This document shows positions 7,671-16,971 of a stretch of 45,593 bases of DNA, in pieces. The DNA comes from Nanobdellota archaeon (GTDB lineage Archaea > Nanobdellota > Nanobdellia > Pacearchaeales > GW2011-AR1). The notes beneath the pieces are model-generated. The model made no database searches. It was not told the DNA's origin and saw nothing but the letters and a program-made list of their open reading frames with translations. Every line of letters begins with the position of its first letter. Positions within the stretch are counted from its first letter, which is position 1. Made by a program: the position numbers and the translations under genes. The stretch spans positions 1 to 45,593 of the forward strand of contig JBBSXO010000007.1 in the NCBI GenBank assembly GCA_038045705.1, in the 5' to 3' direction.

Positions 7671-10628
7671 TTATTTGATTTCTTGACTTGGTTCTACTTG
7701 GGTTTCAGGTTGTTGATTTGATTGTACTCCTATTTCTTGCTGCACAGACTTTTCTATTTCTCTGTCTAACTTTAGACTAAGAACTTTAGATATTCCATCA
7801 TGCATGCTTACTCCATAAATAAACTTGGAATTCATAATTAACGCATCGTTGTGTGTGACAATTATGTACTGCCCTGCTCTGATATACTTGTTAATTAAGC
7901 TTGCTAGACGTTCGGAATTACGCTTATCCAATGCTGCATCTATTTCATCGAAAACATAAAAATGGTAAGGCTTGAATTCTTGAATTGCGAAAAGCATTGA
8001 AAGAGCTATGAGTGTTTGTTCTCCACCTGAAAGAGAACCAGAGTCAAAATATTTTCCTTTTCCTAATTGTATTGCAATTTCCACTCCTCCTGCAAAGATA
8101 TCTTCTTCATTTTCTAACTTCATAAATGCCTTTCCCTTGCTGTATAATTCTGATGCATTTCTTGTAAATAATTCGTTAATTCCTTTGAAAGTTTTCATGA
8201 AAGTTTTCTTTTTCTTTTGATCTATTTCAGCTACAATCTTTAATATTTCTTCCTTTTCTTTTTGTAATATTTCTACTTTCTCGCTTACTTTATCATATTC
8301 AACCTTAATTTGCTCATAGACTTCTAGTGCGCGCATGTTTATTGCCCCTATTGAATGAATGTCTTGTTTTGCTTTTTCTAGCTTTTGTTGTAAAATCTCC
8401 ATAGATGCTTTTATTGGCTCTGTTTCTGGGACGTCTTTTAGTTCTATTTGAACAGACTCTTGAGATGCAGATAATTTGGCTATGCCAATTTCTATATAGT
8501 TTATTTGGTCAGTTATTTGAGATATTTCTGTACGTTTCTCTGAAATATCATAATTATTCTCTTGTATCTTTGATTGCATTTTATCTCTATCTTCAAATAA
8601 CTTTTTGAATTTCTTACTTAACTCTGTTTCTTCTGCTTCTTTTGAGGTTAAAAAAGAGCTCTTTTCTTCAAGTCTTTCCTTCATGCTTGTTATTTCTTCT
8701 TTTAGCTCATCTAACCCCTTTTCACTATTTTTTATGTTTTCAAGGATGTTTTCTAACTCATGTTCTTTGAATTTTAGAGTTTGATCTAAGTTTTCAGTAG
8801 TTCTTCCAGATACTTCTTCTATTTCCCTTAACTTTGTATTATATTGCTCTGTTATTGCAGTCACATCAATTGTTTTATTTTCTAGAGTATCTTTCTTTGA
8901 ATTTAATGAAGATATTTCCTTTTTTATTGTATCTATTTCTGAAACTATTGATTTTAGATATTTTTGTTTTTCATTTATAATTTTATGATTTGAATATTCA
9001 TGTTTCAATTTGCTTATATTTTGACCTAGTTCTAAAATTTTTCTTGCTATTTCTTGATTTTTTTGCCTTATCTCTTTTATGATATTTGATTCTATATCTA
9101 TTGTTGACTTTCCTTCTTCTATCTTGTCTATTGAATCTTTTGTCACATGCTCAATATGCTGTTGAGTCATTTTGTTTTGACATAGAGGACAAATGTCAAT
9201 TTTTAGAATTTGTTCTTTTATTTTTTCAGCAGTTCTTATCTGGGCTTCTGAAGCTGCTAAATTTCTATTGTGTTCTATTTCTTTTTTTGATAAATGTTCA
9301 GCTTCTTGCCTAGTCTTTTCAGATTCTTTTTCTAAATTTGAAATGCTTTCTAAACAACTAGATTCATCCTTATGTTGAAAATCTTTTGATATATTCTCTA
9401 TTTGCTTCAGTAACGAATCTGATTCTACTTCTAATCTGTGAGACCTTGACTCTTTTTCTTTTAGTCTTTCCTTTATTGAATATAACTCGGTTTTAACTGA
9501 AAGAAGTTTATTCTTTTGTTCTTCTAAACTTACTAGCTCTGCTTTCTTTCTCTTTATTTCTTCTTGTTTTCTTGCTAAAAGAGGAGATTCTTTGCTTAAT
9601 TCTTCTATCTCTTTTCTATATTCTGGAATAGATTGTTTTAGATGCTCTATTCTTCTTTCAAATTCTAACTTTCTCTTTTGAGTTGCCTCTATTCTTACTT
9701 TAAGGCCTTCTATTTCTCCCCTTAAGACATTTATTCTTTCTTGTAAACTCTCTCTTTCTACACCGCTAGAACGCTTGATTAAAGCATTCATATTGGAGAT
9801 ATTTTCTTGCATTGAATCTATCTCAGATTGAATTTCTTCTTGTTTTAATCTTATCTTAGCTCTCTGAGATTTCTTTTCTTCTAAGGATTTTTTAGCTGAA
9901 TCTACTTCTTTTTGAACTTCAGATATCTTTTTGACTAGAATTGAATATCTACATCTATTTATTGTGTCTTCTAAGTCTTTATATTTTAAAGCCTGAGATC
10001 TTTCTTTTTCTAAATTGTTTAAAAAAGATTTTCTTTCTCTTAAAACTGCAGATATTTCTTTTAGTCTTTCTTCAGTTTTTTCTAATTCGTGTAGAGATTT
10101 TTCTTTTCTTGATTCATATACTGCTATTCCTGAAACTTCTTCTATTACTTTTCTTCTATCTTCAGGATGCATTTTAACGATTGCTTGAATTTGTCCTTGT
10201 AAGACTAAGTTAAAACCATGAGGATCTATTCCTGCATGCGCAAGCATCTCGATAATATCTCCTCTATTCTTGATTTCATTATTAATTTTATAAATTCCTT
10301 GTCCGTTGCTTCTTATCGTTCTTGAGATTACGACTTCATCATTTGGAAGGTTAAATGTTTTTTGAGAATTGTCAAATGTGACTTCAACGAAAGCTTCTCT
10401 TGATGGTTTTACGAACTTTGAACCTGAAAATAAAAGACTTGTTGTTTTTTCTGCCCTAATTGATTTTGCAGATAGTCTTCCGAGAGCAAAACATAAAGCA
10501 TCCGAGACATTACTTTTCCCAGATCCATTTGCTCCTACAATTAAATTAACTTGTGGGTCAAAAATAACTTCTGTTCGCTTTGCAAATGACTTGAAGCCTT
10601 GCATAACCATCTTTTTGACATAAGTCAT
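7671..10628 (-). CDS. smc: SMC-family chromosome segregation ATPase, short, with central CxxC
   Basis: GFKSF, Walker A GANGSGKS, Q-loop VLQGQI, signature LSGGEQ, Walker B/D-loop FDEIDAALD, coiled coils. Confidence 0.9.
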   Translation of the reverse strand: MTYVKKMVMQGFKSFAKRTEVIFDPQVNLIVGANGSGKSNVSDALCFALGRLSAKSIRAEKTTSLLFSGSKFVKPSREAFVEVTFDNSQKTFNLPNDEVVISRTIRSNGQGIYKINNEIKNRGDIIEMLAHAGIDPHGFNLVLQGQIQAIVKMHPEDRRKVIEEVSGIAVYESRKEKSLHELEKTEERLKEISAVLRERKSFLNNLEKERSQALKYKDLEDTINRCRYSILVKKISEVQKEVDSAKKSLEEKKSQRAKIRLKQEEIQSEIDSMQENISNMNALIKRSSGVERESLQERINVLRGEIEGLKVRIEATQKRKLEFERRIEHLKQSIPEYRKEIEELSKESPLLARKQEEIKRKKAELVSLEEQKNKLLSVKTELYSIKERLKEKESRSHRLEVESDSLLKQIENISKDFQHKDESSCLESISNLEKESEKTRQEAEHLSKKEIEHNRNLAASEAQIRTAEKIKEQILKIDICPLCQNKMTQQHIEHVTKDSIDKIEEGKSTIDIESNIIKEIRQKNQEIARKILELGQNISKLKHEYSNHKIINEKQKYLKSIVSEIDTIKKEISSLNSKKDTLENKTIDVTAITEQYNTKLREIEEVSGRTTENLDQTLKFKEHELENILENIKNSEKGLDELKEEITSMKERLEEKSSFLTSKEAEETELSKKFKKLFEDRDKMQSKIQENNYDISEKRTEISQITDQINYIEIGIAKLSASQESVQIELKDVPETEPIKASMEILQQKLEKAKQDIHSIGAINMRALEVYEQIKVEYDKVSEKVEILQKEKEEILKIVAEIDQKKKKTFMKTFKGINELFTRNASELYSKGKAFMKLENEEDIFAGGVEIAIQLGKGKYFDSGSLSGGEQTLIALSMLFAIQEFKPYHFYVFDEIDAALDKRNSERLASLINKYIRAGQYIIVTHNDALIMNSKFIYGVSMHDGISKVLSLKLDREIEKSVQQEIGVQSNQQPETQVEPSQEIK

Positions 10629-10732
10629 AAATGTCTTTAGGATTTGTTATTTTAAATGTTGTTGGTACTCTTTGAGCCATTATTTTCTATTGTATGAATC
10701 TTTAAATAATATAAAAAAGAAATCTAGGAGTC

Positions 10733-12031
10733 ATGGTTTACAGCGTTGCTTTTGTTGGAGCTCAAACCGGGGATGAAGGTAAAGGTGTTAGAGTTGATTA
10801 TTATGTAACTAGAGCAGTAGAATATTCAAAGCCTATGCCCCAACAAGATCCTAAAGTCTGGACAATGAGGTGGCAGGGAGGTAGAAACGCAGGCCATACA
10901 GTTATAAAAAATGGAGAAAAATATGCCTTGCACCAGATACCTTCAGGAATTTTAATCCCTGGAACTTTTAACTTAATGGGAGAAAGTGTTTTCTTAGAAC
11001 CGAGACAATGTTTAGAAGAGATTATGGAATTAAGAAGAAGAGGTGTAAAAATTGATAGAAGTAATTTTGGTATTGCTTCTAATGCGCATGTAACTTTAGA
11101 TTATTCTATTGAAGCTGATAAAGAAGCTAGTAAATTGAGAGTGGGTCATACTTCTACGGGTCAAGGAATAAAACAAACTGCAGTAGATAAATATGGAAGA
11201 GTTGGCATAAGATTTCAAGAGTTTATTAAATTTGATTCTTTTGTCGCAGCTTTAAAGACAAGGTTTCCTGAGGGTATGCCTTCTGATTTTGGAACTCATG
11301 AAGACTTTGCCAATTCCTATAACTATGAAAGAGATGAATTAGTGGAATTCCCCATTTTACAAACAGACATTGTCGGCAATAAAAATTTTGTTTATGGTAT
11401 TGGGGAAGGTGCACAAGGTTTCCAATTAGATGTTGATAGAGGTCTTTACCCAGGCGTTACTTCATCAAACCCAAGCATTGTTCCTTTCAGAACAAATAAA
11501 GTTGTAGGAGTTGTTAAAATGTATGAAAGCAGTATTGGTGGAGACAGGCCTTTCATTGGAAGAATGGAAACTGATTTGGAGACTCGTTTACGTGATCTTT
11601 GGAAGGAAAGAGGCACAACTACTGGAAAAGATAGAAGTTTAGGATGGTTAGACATTGTTGCTCTAAAAAATGCAACTAAGGGTGCAGAAATTGATTGCTT
11701 AGTAAGTACTTGCGGAGATAGAATGGAAGATTTATTTAAGTTTGGAGAAAAAGTTAAATTGGTTGTTGCTTACAACATTGATGGAATAGAATTTGACGAA
11801 TGGGAACCATTTTTCCATGATAGAACAAAATTATCTACTGCTACACCTATTTTTGAAGAATTACCTGCTTGGGAGGTTTTCTTTGATAAGGAAGAAGGAA
11901 GATTAACTCCTAATGCTCAACGCTTTGTTAATAGAATAGAAGAATTAGTTTATGTTCCATTTGTAGCACATGGGTATGGGCCAGGAATAGAAGATGTTTT
12001 TGAAGTAAGAGAAACTTTACCTAGAAATTAA
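10733..12031 (+). CDS. purA: Adenylosuccinate synthetase (divergent)
   Basis: GAQTGDEGKG, GGRNAGHT, LHQIPSG, EGAQG..LDVDRG.YP.VTSSN, GTTTG..R..GWLD. Confidence 0.85.
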   Translation: MVYSVAFVGAQTGDEGKGVRVDYYVTRAVEYSKPMPQQDPKVWTMRWQGGRNAGHTVIKNGEKYALHQIPSGILIPGTFNLMGESVFLEPRQCLEEIMELRRRGVKIDRSNFGIASNAHVTLDYSIEADKEASKLRVGHTSTGQGIKQTAVDKYGRVGIRFQEFIKFDSFVAALKTRFPEGMPSDFGTHEDFANSYNYERDELVEFPILQTDIVGNKNFVYGIGEGAQGFQLDVDRGLYPGVTSSNPSIVPFRTNKVVGVVKMYESSIGGDRPFIGRMETDLETRLRDLWKERGTTTGKDRSLGWLDIVALKNATKGAEIDCLVSTCGDRMEDLFKFGEKVKLVVAYNIDGIEFDEWEPFFHDRTKLSTATPIFEELPAWEVFFDKEEGRLTPNAQRFVNRIEELVYVPFVAHGYGPGIEDVFEVRETLPRN

Positions 12032-12705
12032 AATAATTTCTTTTGGTTAGATTTCTCTTTTATTATTGATATTCCAAACAAGTTTTTCCAAGTTGCCCAG
12101 GATGTTCTGACTATTCCTGTTTTCGCTAGATCTTTTCCTTGAGATCTTATGAATTCTATTGTTGTTGGATCTGAAGGATATCCAGAACCAATATTTCCAA
12201 ATTGCTGTTTCAGTTTTTCAACTGCATCTTCTCTGGATACTTTTGCTATTATTGAAGCGGCTCCAACAACTGGATGATTAAAATCTGCTTTATGCTCACA
12301 TTTTACATCTAGGTTTTCATCATGTTCTATAAAAGATAGTAGCTTGTTTCTCCATGTTATTGTATTTACCGATGGACAGTCTACTATGACTTTAATTTTA
12401 TCCTTTTTATTATTTAATTTATTAATTATTTCTGCTGATTTTTTTGCCTCTAGTGTATTTAGATTTTCCCCGAAGTCTACAGCTAAATCTATTTCTTCTG
12501 GAGTGCTTTCTTCTATATGGAACCTGGATATTTTCTTTATCTCTTTGGATATTGAAATTCTTTGATTATGGGTTAAAAGCTTTGAGTCTTTTGCACCTAA
12601 TTCTTTTAGAACTTTTTCATCCACTGTTTTTATTAAAACTCCTGCTAAATACATTGGACCTAGTATTGGGCCACGACCCGCATCGTCTATACCTAATAGA
12701 TACAT
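12028..12705 (-). CDS. rnhB: Ribonuclease HII
   Basis: GIDDAGRGPILGP, KDSKLL, HKAD, AASIIAKV, GSGYPSDP; C-terminal PIP-like NQKKLF. Confidence 0.95.
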   Translation of the reverse strand: MYLLGIDDAGRGPILGPMYLAGVLIKTVDEKVLKELGAKDSKLLTHNQRISISKEIKKISRFHIEESTPEEIDLAVDFGENLNTLEAKKSAEIINKLNNKKDKIKVIVDCPSVNTITWRNKLLSFIEHDENLDVKCEHKADFNHPVVGAASIIAKVSREDAVEKLKQQFGNIGSGYPSDPTTIEFIRSQGKDLAKTGIVRTSWATWKNLFGISIIKEKSNQKKLF

Positions 12706-12765
12706 AGAGTATTTTAGAAATTGTTTATTTAAAGAGTTTTAGGCTATTAGTTGTTTTTATACTGG

Positions 12766-12900
12766 TTATTGAGAATAACTTCTTGAGATATATGAAGGAT
12801 GAACTCTGTCCATAGGCTGACTGTTCTCACTATTGCGAGCATAATTCATTCCAACTTCTCCATCTTTATCTATAAATGAAGCTGTACACACCATACACAT
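12766..12900 (-). CDS. Small hypothetical peptide, 44 aa (MCMVCTASFIDKDGEVG...)
   Basis: Translated by hand; TTTAAATA box about 25 nt upstream (leaderless geometry); N-terminal CxxC. Confidence 0.4.
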   Translation of the reverse strand: MCMVCTASFIDKDGEVGMNYARNSENSQPMDRVHPSYISRSYSQ

Positions 12901-12966
12901 GATTTTTGGAGTTATTTAAGATATTTAAAAGTATCTATTGTGTAGTTACAACTTATTTTAATGTTT

Positions 12967-13842
12967 TTAGGTCTCTTTTGGGTTTATTATAAATGATAAA
13001 ACCACTAGAAATAAACCAATAATTCCTGTAATTGATAAGAAAATGACTAGTTTATTTGTTAAAACTGTTTTTACTACATCTACTACTGACTCAAACAATT
13101 GATCTGTGGAATTTAAGAGATTAATGTTATTTAATGAGTAGACTATTGTTATTAAAATTAAAGATGTAATTATTAGAATAAAACCTAATGTTCTTAAGAA
13201 TTTTCTTGTGTTTGGTTTTTGCAATAAGAATATTAGTGAGAATAAAATAACTAGAATTACTATTAATAATATTGAAGAAAACTGGTAGTATTTGATGTAA
13301 TTCCTCATATTATCCAGATTTTCTCTATTTTTTGAACCTTTTTCTATTCCATATACCTCTGCTAAATCTACTGTATCTTTCTCAAAAAATGAAAGATTTT
13401 TGCTTGCTAGAAAATCGTCTAAAAATTCATCTGTAGTCATTCCTCTAGGAAGACAAGGATTTTCTTCATTAAATGGATTTTGATTTTGCCTACATTCCGA
13501 GAGATTTCCAATTGAATCTAGAAAGAAATTTCTAAGTTTTTCTTGATCTATTTTTACAGATAAATCCAATTTATTAGTATCTGAACGCATATAATCTAAA
13601 AAATTTGAGAAGAGGTTTTCTATAAGAGGTCTTGCTCCACCTTCTGGAATTTTTATAAACATATTTGGAGCATTGGTTAGATTTTCATCTAAATAAGAAT
13701 ATACTCCTGCTTTCTCAAATGCTTGAAAATATACTTGTGGATAAAGAAATGAATTAAATGCGAAACTGAAAGCTAGAATAATTAGTAGAAAGATAGATAT
13801 TGCAAACAAAACAAAAACACCTAATTTCTTAATGAAACTCAT
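12967..13842 (-). CDS. Multi-pass membrane protein with extracellular domain
   Basis: One N-terminal and three C-terminal TM segments. Confidence 0.7.
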   Translation of the reverse strand: MSFIKKLGVFVLFAISIFLLIILAFSFAFNSFLYPQVYFQAFEKAGVYSYLDENLTNAPNMFIKIPEGGARPLIENLFSNFLDYMRSDTNKLDLSVKIDQEKLRNFFLDSIGNLSECRQNQNPFNEENPCLPRGMTTDEFLDDFLASKNLSFFEKDTVDLAEVYGIEKGSKNRENLDNMRNYIKYYQFSSILLIVILVILFSLIFLLQKPNTRKFLRTLGFILIITSLILITIVYSLNNINLLNSTDQLFESVVDVVKTVLTNKLVIFLSITGIIGLFLVVLSFIINPKET

Positions 13843-13872
13843 GTTATCTTTTAGAGTTTAGAGAATATAAAT

Positions 13873-14457
13873 TTATTTAGAATTAACCAATTTCATTATT
13901 CTTTCTAATGCTTCTGGAATTTGAGTTATTCCTTCGTTTGCGGTGAAATGTCCCTTTCCATGTTCGATAGTTATGTTTGCGTTAAGTTCTTTTTTGAATC
14001 TTTCCGCGTTTTCATTTACATAGCCGTAAGGTTCGTCATCTGAAATTATTACTTCTATTTTATTACAAACTTTCTTTATTCTGTTAAAGTTTATCGGGTT
14101 TTTTATCCAAGGTTTAGCTATTTCTTTTTCATTCTTACTTTCCATATTGTCCAAATTAAACCATCCTGACAAGAAAACAGCTCCTCCTACTTTTTGATCT
14201 TCATTGAGAGTCTCTAGATACCTCATTATTGTTTGACACCCTATACTATGCCCGAAAAAAAATGTATTTGGGTCTGCCTGATCTACTTCTTTAGATAGGT
14301 GATTTACCCAGTCATTTATTTTAGGATGCATCGTGTCAGGCATAAACGGAGAAATAACTTTTATTCCTCTATTTACTAACTCTTTCTTTAACCATTGATG
14401 AATTGGTTCGTTTGGACTTCCTTCCCAACCATGAACTATTATTACCCTTTTTACCAT
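13873..14457 (-). CDS. RBBP9/YdeN-family alpha/beta serine hydrolase
   Basis: IVHGW, GHSIG nucleophile elbow, SDDEP, GHF; start reassigned to 14457 because the track's extension overlaps the tRNA. Confidence 0.9.
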   Translation of the reverse strand: MVKRVIIVHGWEGSPNEPIHQWLKKELVNRGIKVISPFMPDTMHPKINDWVNHLSKEVDQADPNTFFFGHSIGCQTIMRYLETLNEDQKVGGAVFLSGWFNLDNMESKNEKEIAKPWIKNPINFNRIKKVCNKIEVIISDDEPYGYVNENAERFKKELNANITIEHGKGHFTANEGITQIPEALERIMKLVNSK

Positions 14458-14465
14458 TTGTGAAA

Positions 14466-14541
14466 TAGCGGGAGTGGGATTTGAACCACACGACCTCCGG
14501 GTTATGGGCCCGGTGAGCACTCCAGGCTGCTCCATCCCGCT
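14466..14541 (-). tRNA. tRNA-Met(CAT), initiator type
   Basis: Cloverleaf: AGCGGGA/TCCCGCT acceptor stem with A1-U72, three consecutive G-C pairs in the anticodon stem, CAT anticodon, TTCAAAT T-loop; CCA not encoded. Confidence 0.93.
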
Positions 14542-14623
14542 ATGTAAATACTGACTTGAAGACACTTTTAAATCTTGCCTTTGAAAGATTTAAATACGGT
14601 CTATTTTAATTTAGATTTCTTAG

Positions 14624-15043
14624 ATGAAACCTCTTAATATAAATCCTATTTTACCTAGAAGAGATAATTCTGATTTTGAATTGCTTTTAGCTGGAGCTGT
14701 TCCAGTTGGGAGGTTCTATGATTTCAATTGTACAGATACTGGTGGATATGAAAGAGTTTATAGCAGAAGAAATAGTGATCTACTTTATGAGATTAAATTT
14801 AGAGATCCTACTGTAAGAGGATTTCTTTTACGCCCTATTGGAGGACAAAGAAGATCAGATTTAGGATGTCCTTATAAAACTATTGGATTTGAAGCAGAAA
14901 TCCCTAATTTGACATTAATGGATGTTGCTCAAATATTACCTCTGGAAGAAAAAGGTATATGTGTTGCTTTTGAAGTTGTCCATATTGGAATTAACTGCCA
15001 TGATAAATCTCTCGCTAAAATGAATCTTTACAAAAAAGAATAA
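14624..15043 (+). CDS. Hypothetical protein
   Basis: 139-aa ORF with TATA-like box upstream. Confidence 0.55.
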   Translation: MKPLNINPILPRRDNSDFELLLAGAVPVGRFYDFNCTDTGGYERVYSRRNSDLLYEIKFRDPTVRGFLLRPIGGQRRSDLGCPYKTIGFEAEIPNLTLMDVAQILPLEEKGICVAFEVVHIGINCHDKSLAKMNLYKKE

Positions 15044-15058
15044 ATTTATCAACTAGTT

Positions 15059-15304
15059 TTGTTTCTTTATTTTATGAGTGGACCTGGTGATGGTAAGTTA
15101 TTTCTTGGAAAAGCTGATGTTTATATACATCTTAAAGGAAAATCTCGTGCTACCGTAACTCATGTGGATATTGAACTTGATGAACTCAATAAAATAATAA
15201 AACCTGGAGAAAATACTTATATTGGCTCTAAAGATGGAGGAGTTTTTATAGGTCTAAAAAAAGAAATGATTGTTAGAGCTGAAAAAATGGTTGAGAAAAA
15301 ATGA
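15059..15304 (+). CDS. Small hypothetical protein (likely start ATG 15074)
   Basis: ORF coupled to the next gene by an ATGA overlap. Confidence 0.7.
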   Translation: MFLYFMSGPGDGKLFLGKADVYIHLKGKSRATVTHVDIELDELNKIIKPGENTYIGSKDGGVFIGLKKEMIVRAEKMVEKK

Positions 15305-15894
15305 AAAAATCACATTTATTGATTTTGATATTTAATGCATTATACTTGATTGTTTTTGGAGTCTATTATCTAAGCGTTGAGAACTATGAATTTATGTGGT
15401 ATATTGGAGTTATCATTATTCTTGGAGCAATTATTGGAATAAATTTAAATAAAGTTAAATTTGATAATCTAGTTTTGTGGTTGCTTTCCATTTGGGGTCT
15501 TGCTCATATGGTTGCAGGAGGAATAAAAATTGCAGGAAACACAATTTATTCTATCAGATTAATTGATATAATTGATAAAGGTGGACAATTTTATATTCTG
15601 AAAATGGACCAGTTGATTCATTTTTATGGATTTTTTGTAGCCTCAATACTTGTTTATCAGTTGATTATTGCTACTGGGTCTTATGCTCGCGATTCTCCAA
15701 AGTTAATGATATTCTTAGCTTGGATAGGAAGCATGGGACTAGGTGCTTTAAATGAAGTGGTAGAATTTATTGCATTTATTTCTTTAGATAAAACTGGAGT
15801 TGGTGATGTATATAATACTGGTCTAGATTTGATTTTCAACTTATTTGGAGCACTTATTGGCTCTTTTGTTGCCCATAAACTTTATAAAAAATAA
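15301..15894 (+). CDS. DUF2238/YjdF-like membrane protein
   Basis: TM helices with H..GG, DQLIHF, E..EF, NTGLDL motifs. Confidence 0.75.
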   Translation: MKKSHLLILIFNALYLIVFGVYYLSVENYEFMWYIGVIIILGAIIGINLNKVKFDNLVLWLLSIWGLAHMVAGGIKIAGNTIYSIRLIDIIDKGGQFYILKMDQLIHFYGFFVASILVYQLIIATGSYARDSPKLMIFLAWIGSMGLGALNEVVEFIAFISLDKTGVGDVYNTGLDLIFNLFGALIGSFVAHKLYKK

Positions 15895-15927
15895 AAATAA
15901 ATTTTTTGTTAATTAATTAGAAACTAA

Positions 15928-16161
15928 TTAAGCAGCTTCTCTGTTAAATCCGCCTTCATTTTCACGCTTCTTCTTGAAGCAGTTTAAACACAACACAGGT
16001 CTACCCTCTGTTGGTTTGAAAGGGACTTCACATTCTTGCTTGCATTCTGAACATACAGCTTTGTGCATTTCTCTTGGGCCTGAATTGAATCTTCTCTGCC
16101 CGCCAAAACTGCGTCCGCCACCGAATGATCTTCTTTCTCCGCCGAATGATCTTCTTTCCAT
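15928..16161 (-). CDS. CxxC-x17-CxxC zinc-finger protein with RGG-like N-terminus
   Basis: REMHKAVCSECKQECEVPFKPTEGRPVLCLNC; tandem ERRSFGG repeats. Confidence 0.9.
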   Translation of the reverse strand: MERRSFGGERRSFGGGRSFGGQRRFNSGPREMHKAVCSECKQECEVPFKPTEGRPVLCLNCFKKKRENEGGFNREAA

Positions 16162-16314
16162 TATTCTTGTCCTCCGTTCACTTATTCCGGCTCTCGCCTA
16201 GGAAATGTGATTATTGTGTGTATATAAGTGTATGTTTTTTCTGTTTTGAATAAAATTATTGAAAAAAAACTTAACATAAGGTTTAAAATAGCGTTGAAAT
16301 AGTTTAATTTTGTA

Positions 16315-16398
16315 GCCCAGATCGCATAATGGAATTGCGAAGGATTGCTAATCCTTTTTCGCGCAAGCGATGCCCAGGTTCGATTCCTGGTCTGGGCG
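16315..16398 (+). tRNA. tRNA-Ser(GCT)
   Basis: GCCCAGA/TCTGGGC acceptor stem, AAGGA-TTGCTAA-TCCTT anticodon arm, long variable arm TCGC-GCAA-GCGA, CCAGG-TTCGATT-CCTGG T-arm, G73. Confidence 0.95.
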
Positions 16399-16408
16399 TA
16401 CTTTTTAT
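16395..16408 (+). repeat. Left target-site duplication GGCGTACTTTTTAT (14 bp)
   Basis: Identical to 27713-27726; includes the last 4 nt of tRNA-Ser. Confidence 0.97.
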
Positions 16409-16443
16409 GGGTTATAGATATGTCCGAAAAAGGCAACACTTTT
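16409..16443 (+). repeat. Left terminal inverted repeat (35 bp) GGGTTATAGATATGTCCGAAAAAGGCAACACTTTT
   Basis: Exact reverse complement of 27678-27712. Confidence 0.97.
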
Positions 16444-16467
16444 AAGCTAAAAGTAGTCTAATTTATT

Positions 16468-16971
16468 ATGAATAGAAAAGGAAAATCTACATCAAAACAA
16501 ATATTGACAGGCATTGCAGTTTTTGTTCTTGGTTCTTTAATAATCGGAGCTATTAGTGGATTATTTAGTAGCCCTAAACCAATAAGGATTCTCAACACAG
16601 AGCAAGAAGTTTGTCCGCTTGGAACATGGTTTGATTTCAATGGAGAAGGTTCTTTTAGTATAGAACTAAAAAATGAAGGTTCTACCGGAAATCTTTTTGT
16701 AAATATCTCATCTAATGAATTGCTAGTTAAAAATAAAGAACGAGCAATTTTTTCTAATAGTAGTCTTAATCAGCTAGTCACTTCAGCTGGAGATTCACAA
16801 AGATTTAATTTTGAAACTCTAAGAAAAAATCAAGAGAGTGAGAATATTACAATTAGGGTTGATTATGGTTGCACAAAGCTATTTTGCAAAAAATATTATT
16901 TTTGTTGTGAATATTCTAAAGAGGACAAAGATAATTATAATTTAGTAAGAGAAACAAGTTGTATGAACTAA
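16468..16971 (+). CDS. Casposon cargo: membrane-anchored Cys-rich protein
   Basis: N-terminal TM helix, beta-rich body, six Cys. Confidence 0.7.
   Translation: MNRKGKSTSKQILTGIAVFVLGSLIIGAISGLFSSPKPIRILNTEQEVCPLGTWFDFNGEGSFSIELKNEGSTGNLFVNISSNELLVKNKERAIFSNSSLNQLVTSAGDSQRFNFETLRKNQESENITIRVDYGCTKLFCKKYYFCCEYSKEDKDNYNLVRETSCMN

Noticed and set aside
8008-10623. Plus-strand ORFs inside smc, and similar shadow ORFs in dnaG, purA, rnhB, polB, DUF4238 and the giant gene
   Set aside because: They are antisense or out-of-frame shadows of well-supported genes.
10733-12031. PurZ (Z-genome pathway)
   Set aside because: It keeps the PurA catalytic Asp (GDEGKG), where PurZ has Ser.
14458-14565. 36-aa N-terminal extension of the hydrolase in the ORF track
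   Set aside because: It is the tRNA-Met gene read in frame. The family-like sequence starts at 14457.
16110-16160. 21-bp tandem repeat
   Set aside because: It is explained by the coding repeat ERRSFGG in the zinc-finger protein.
16182-16439. 85-aa minus-strand ORF
   Set aside because: It is antisense across tRNA-Ser and the left TIR, so it is spurious.
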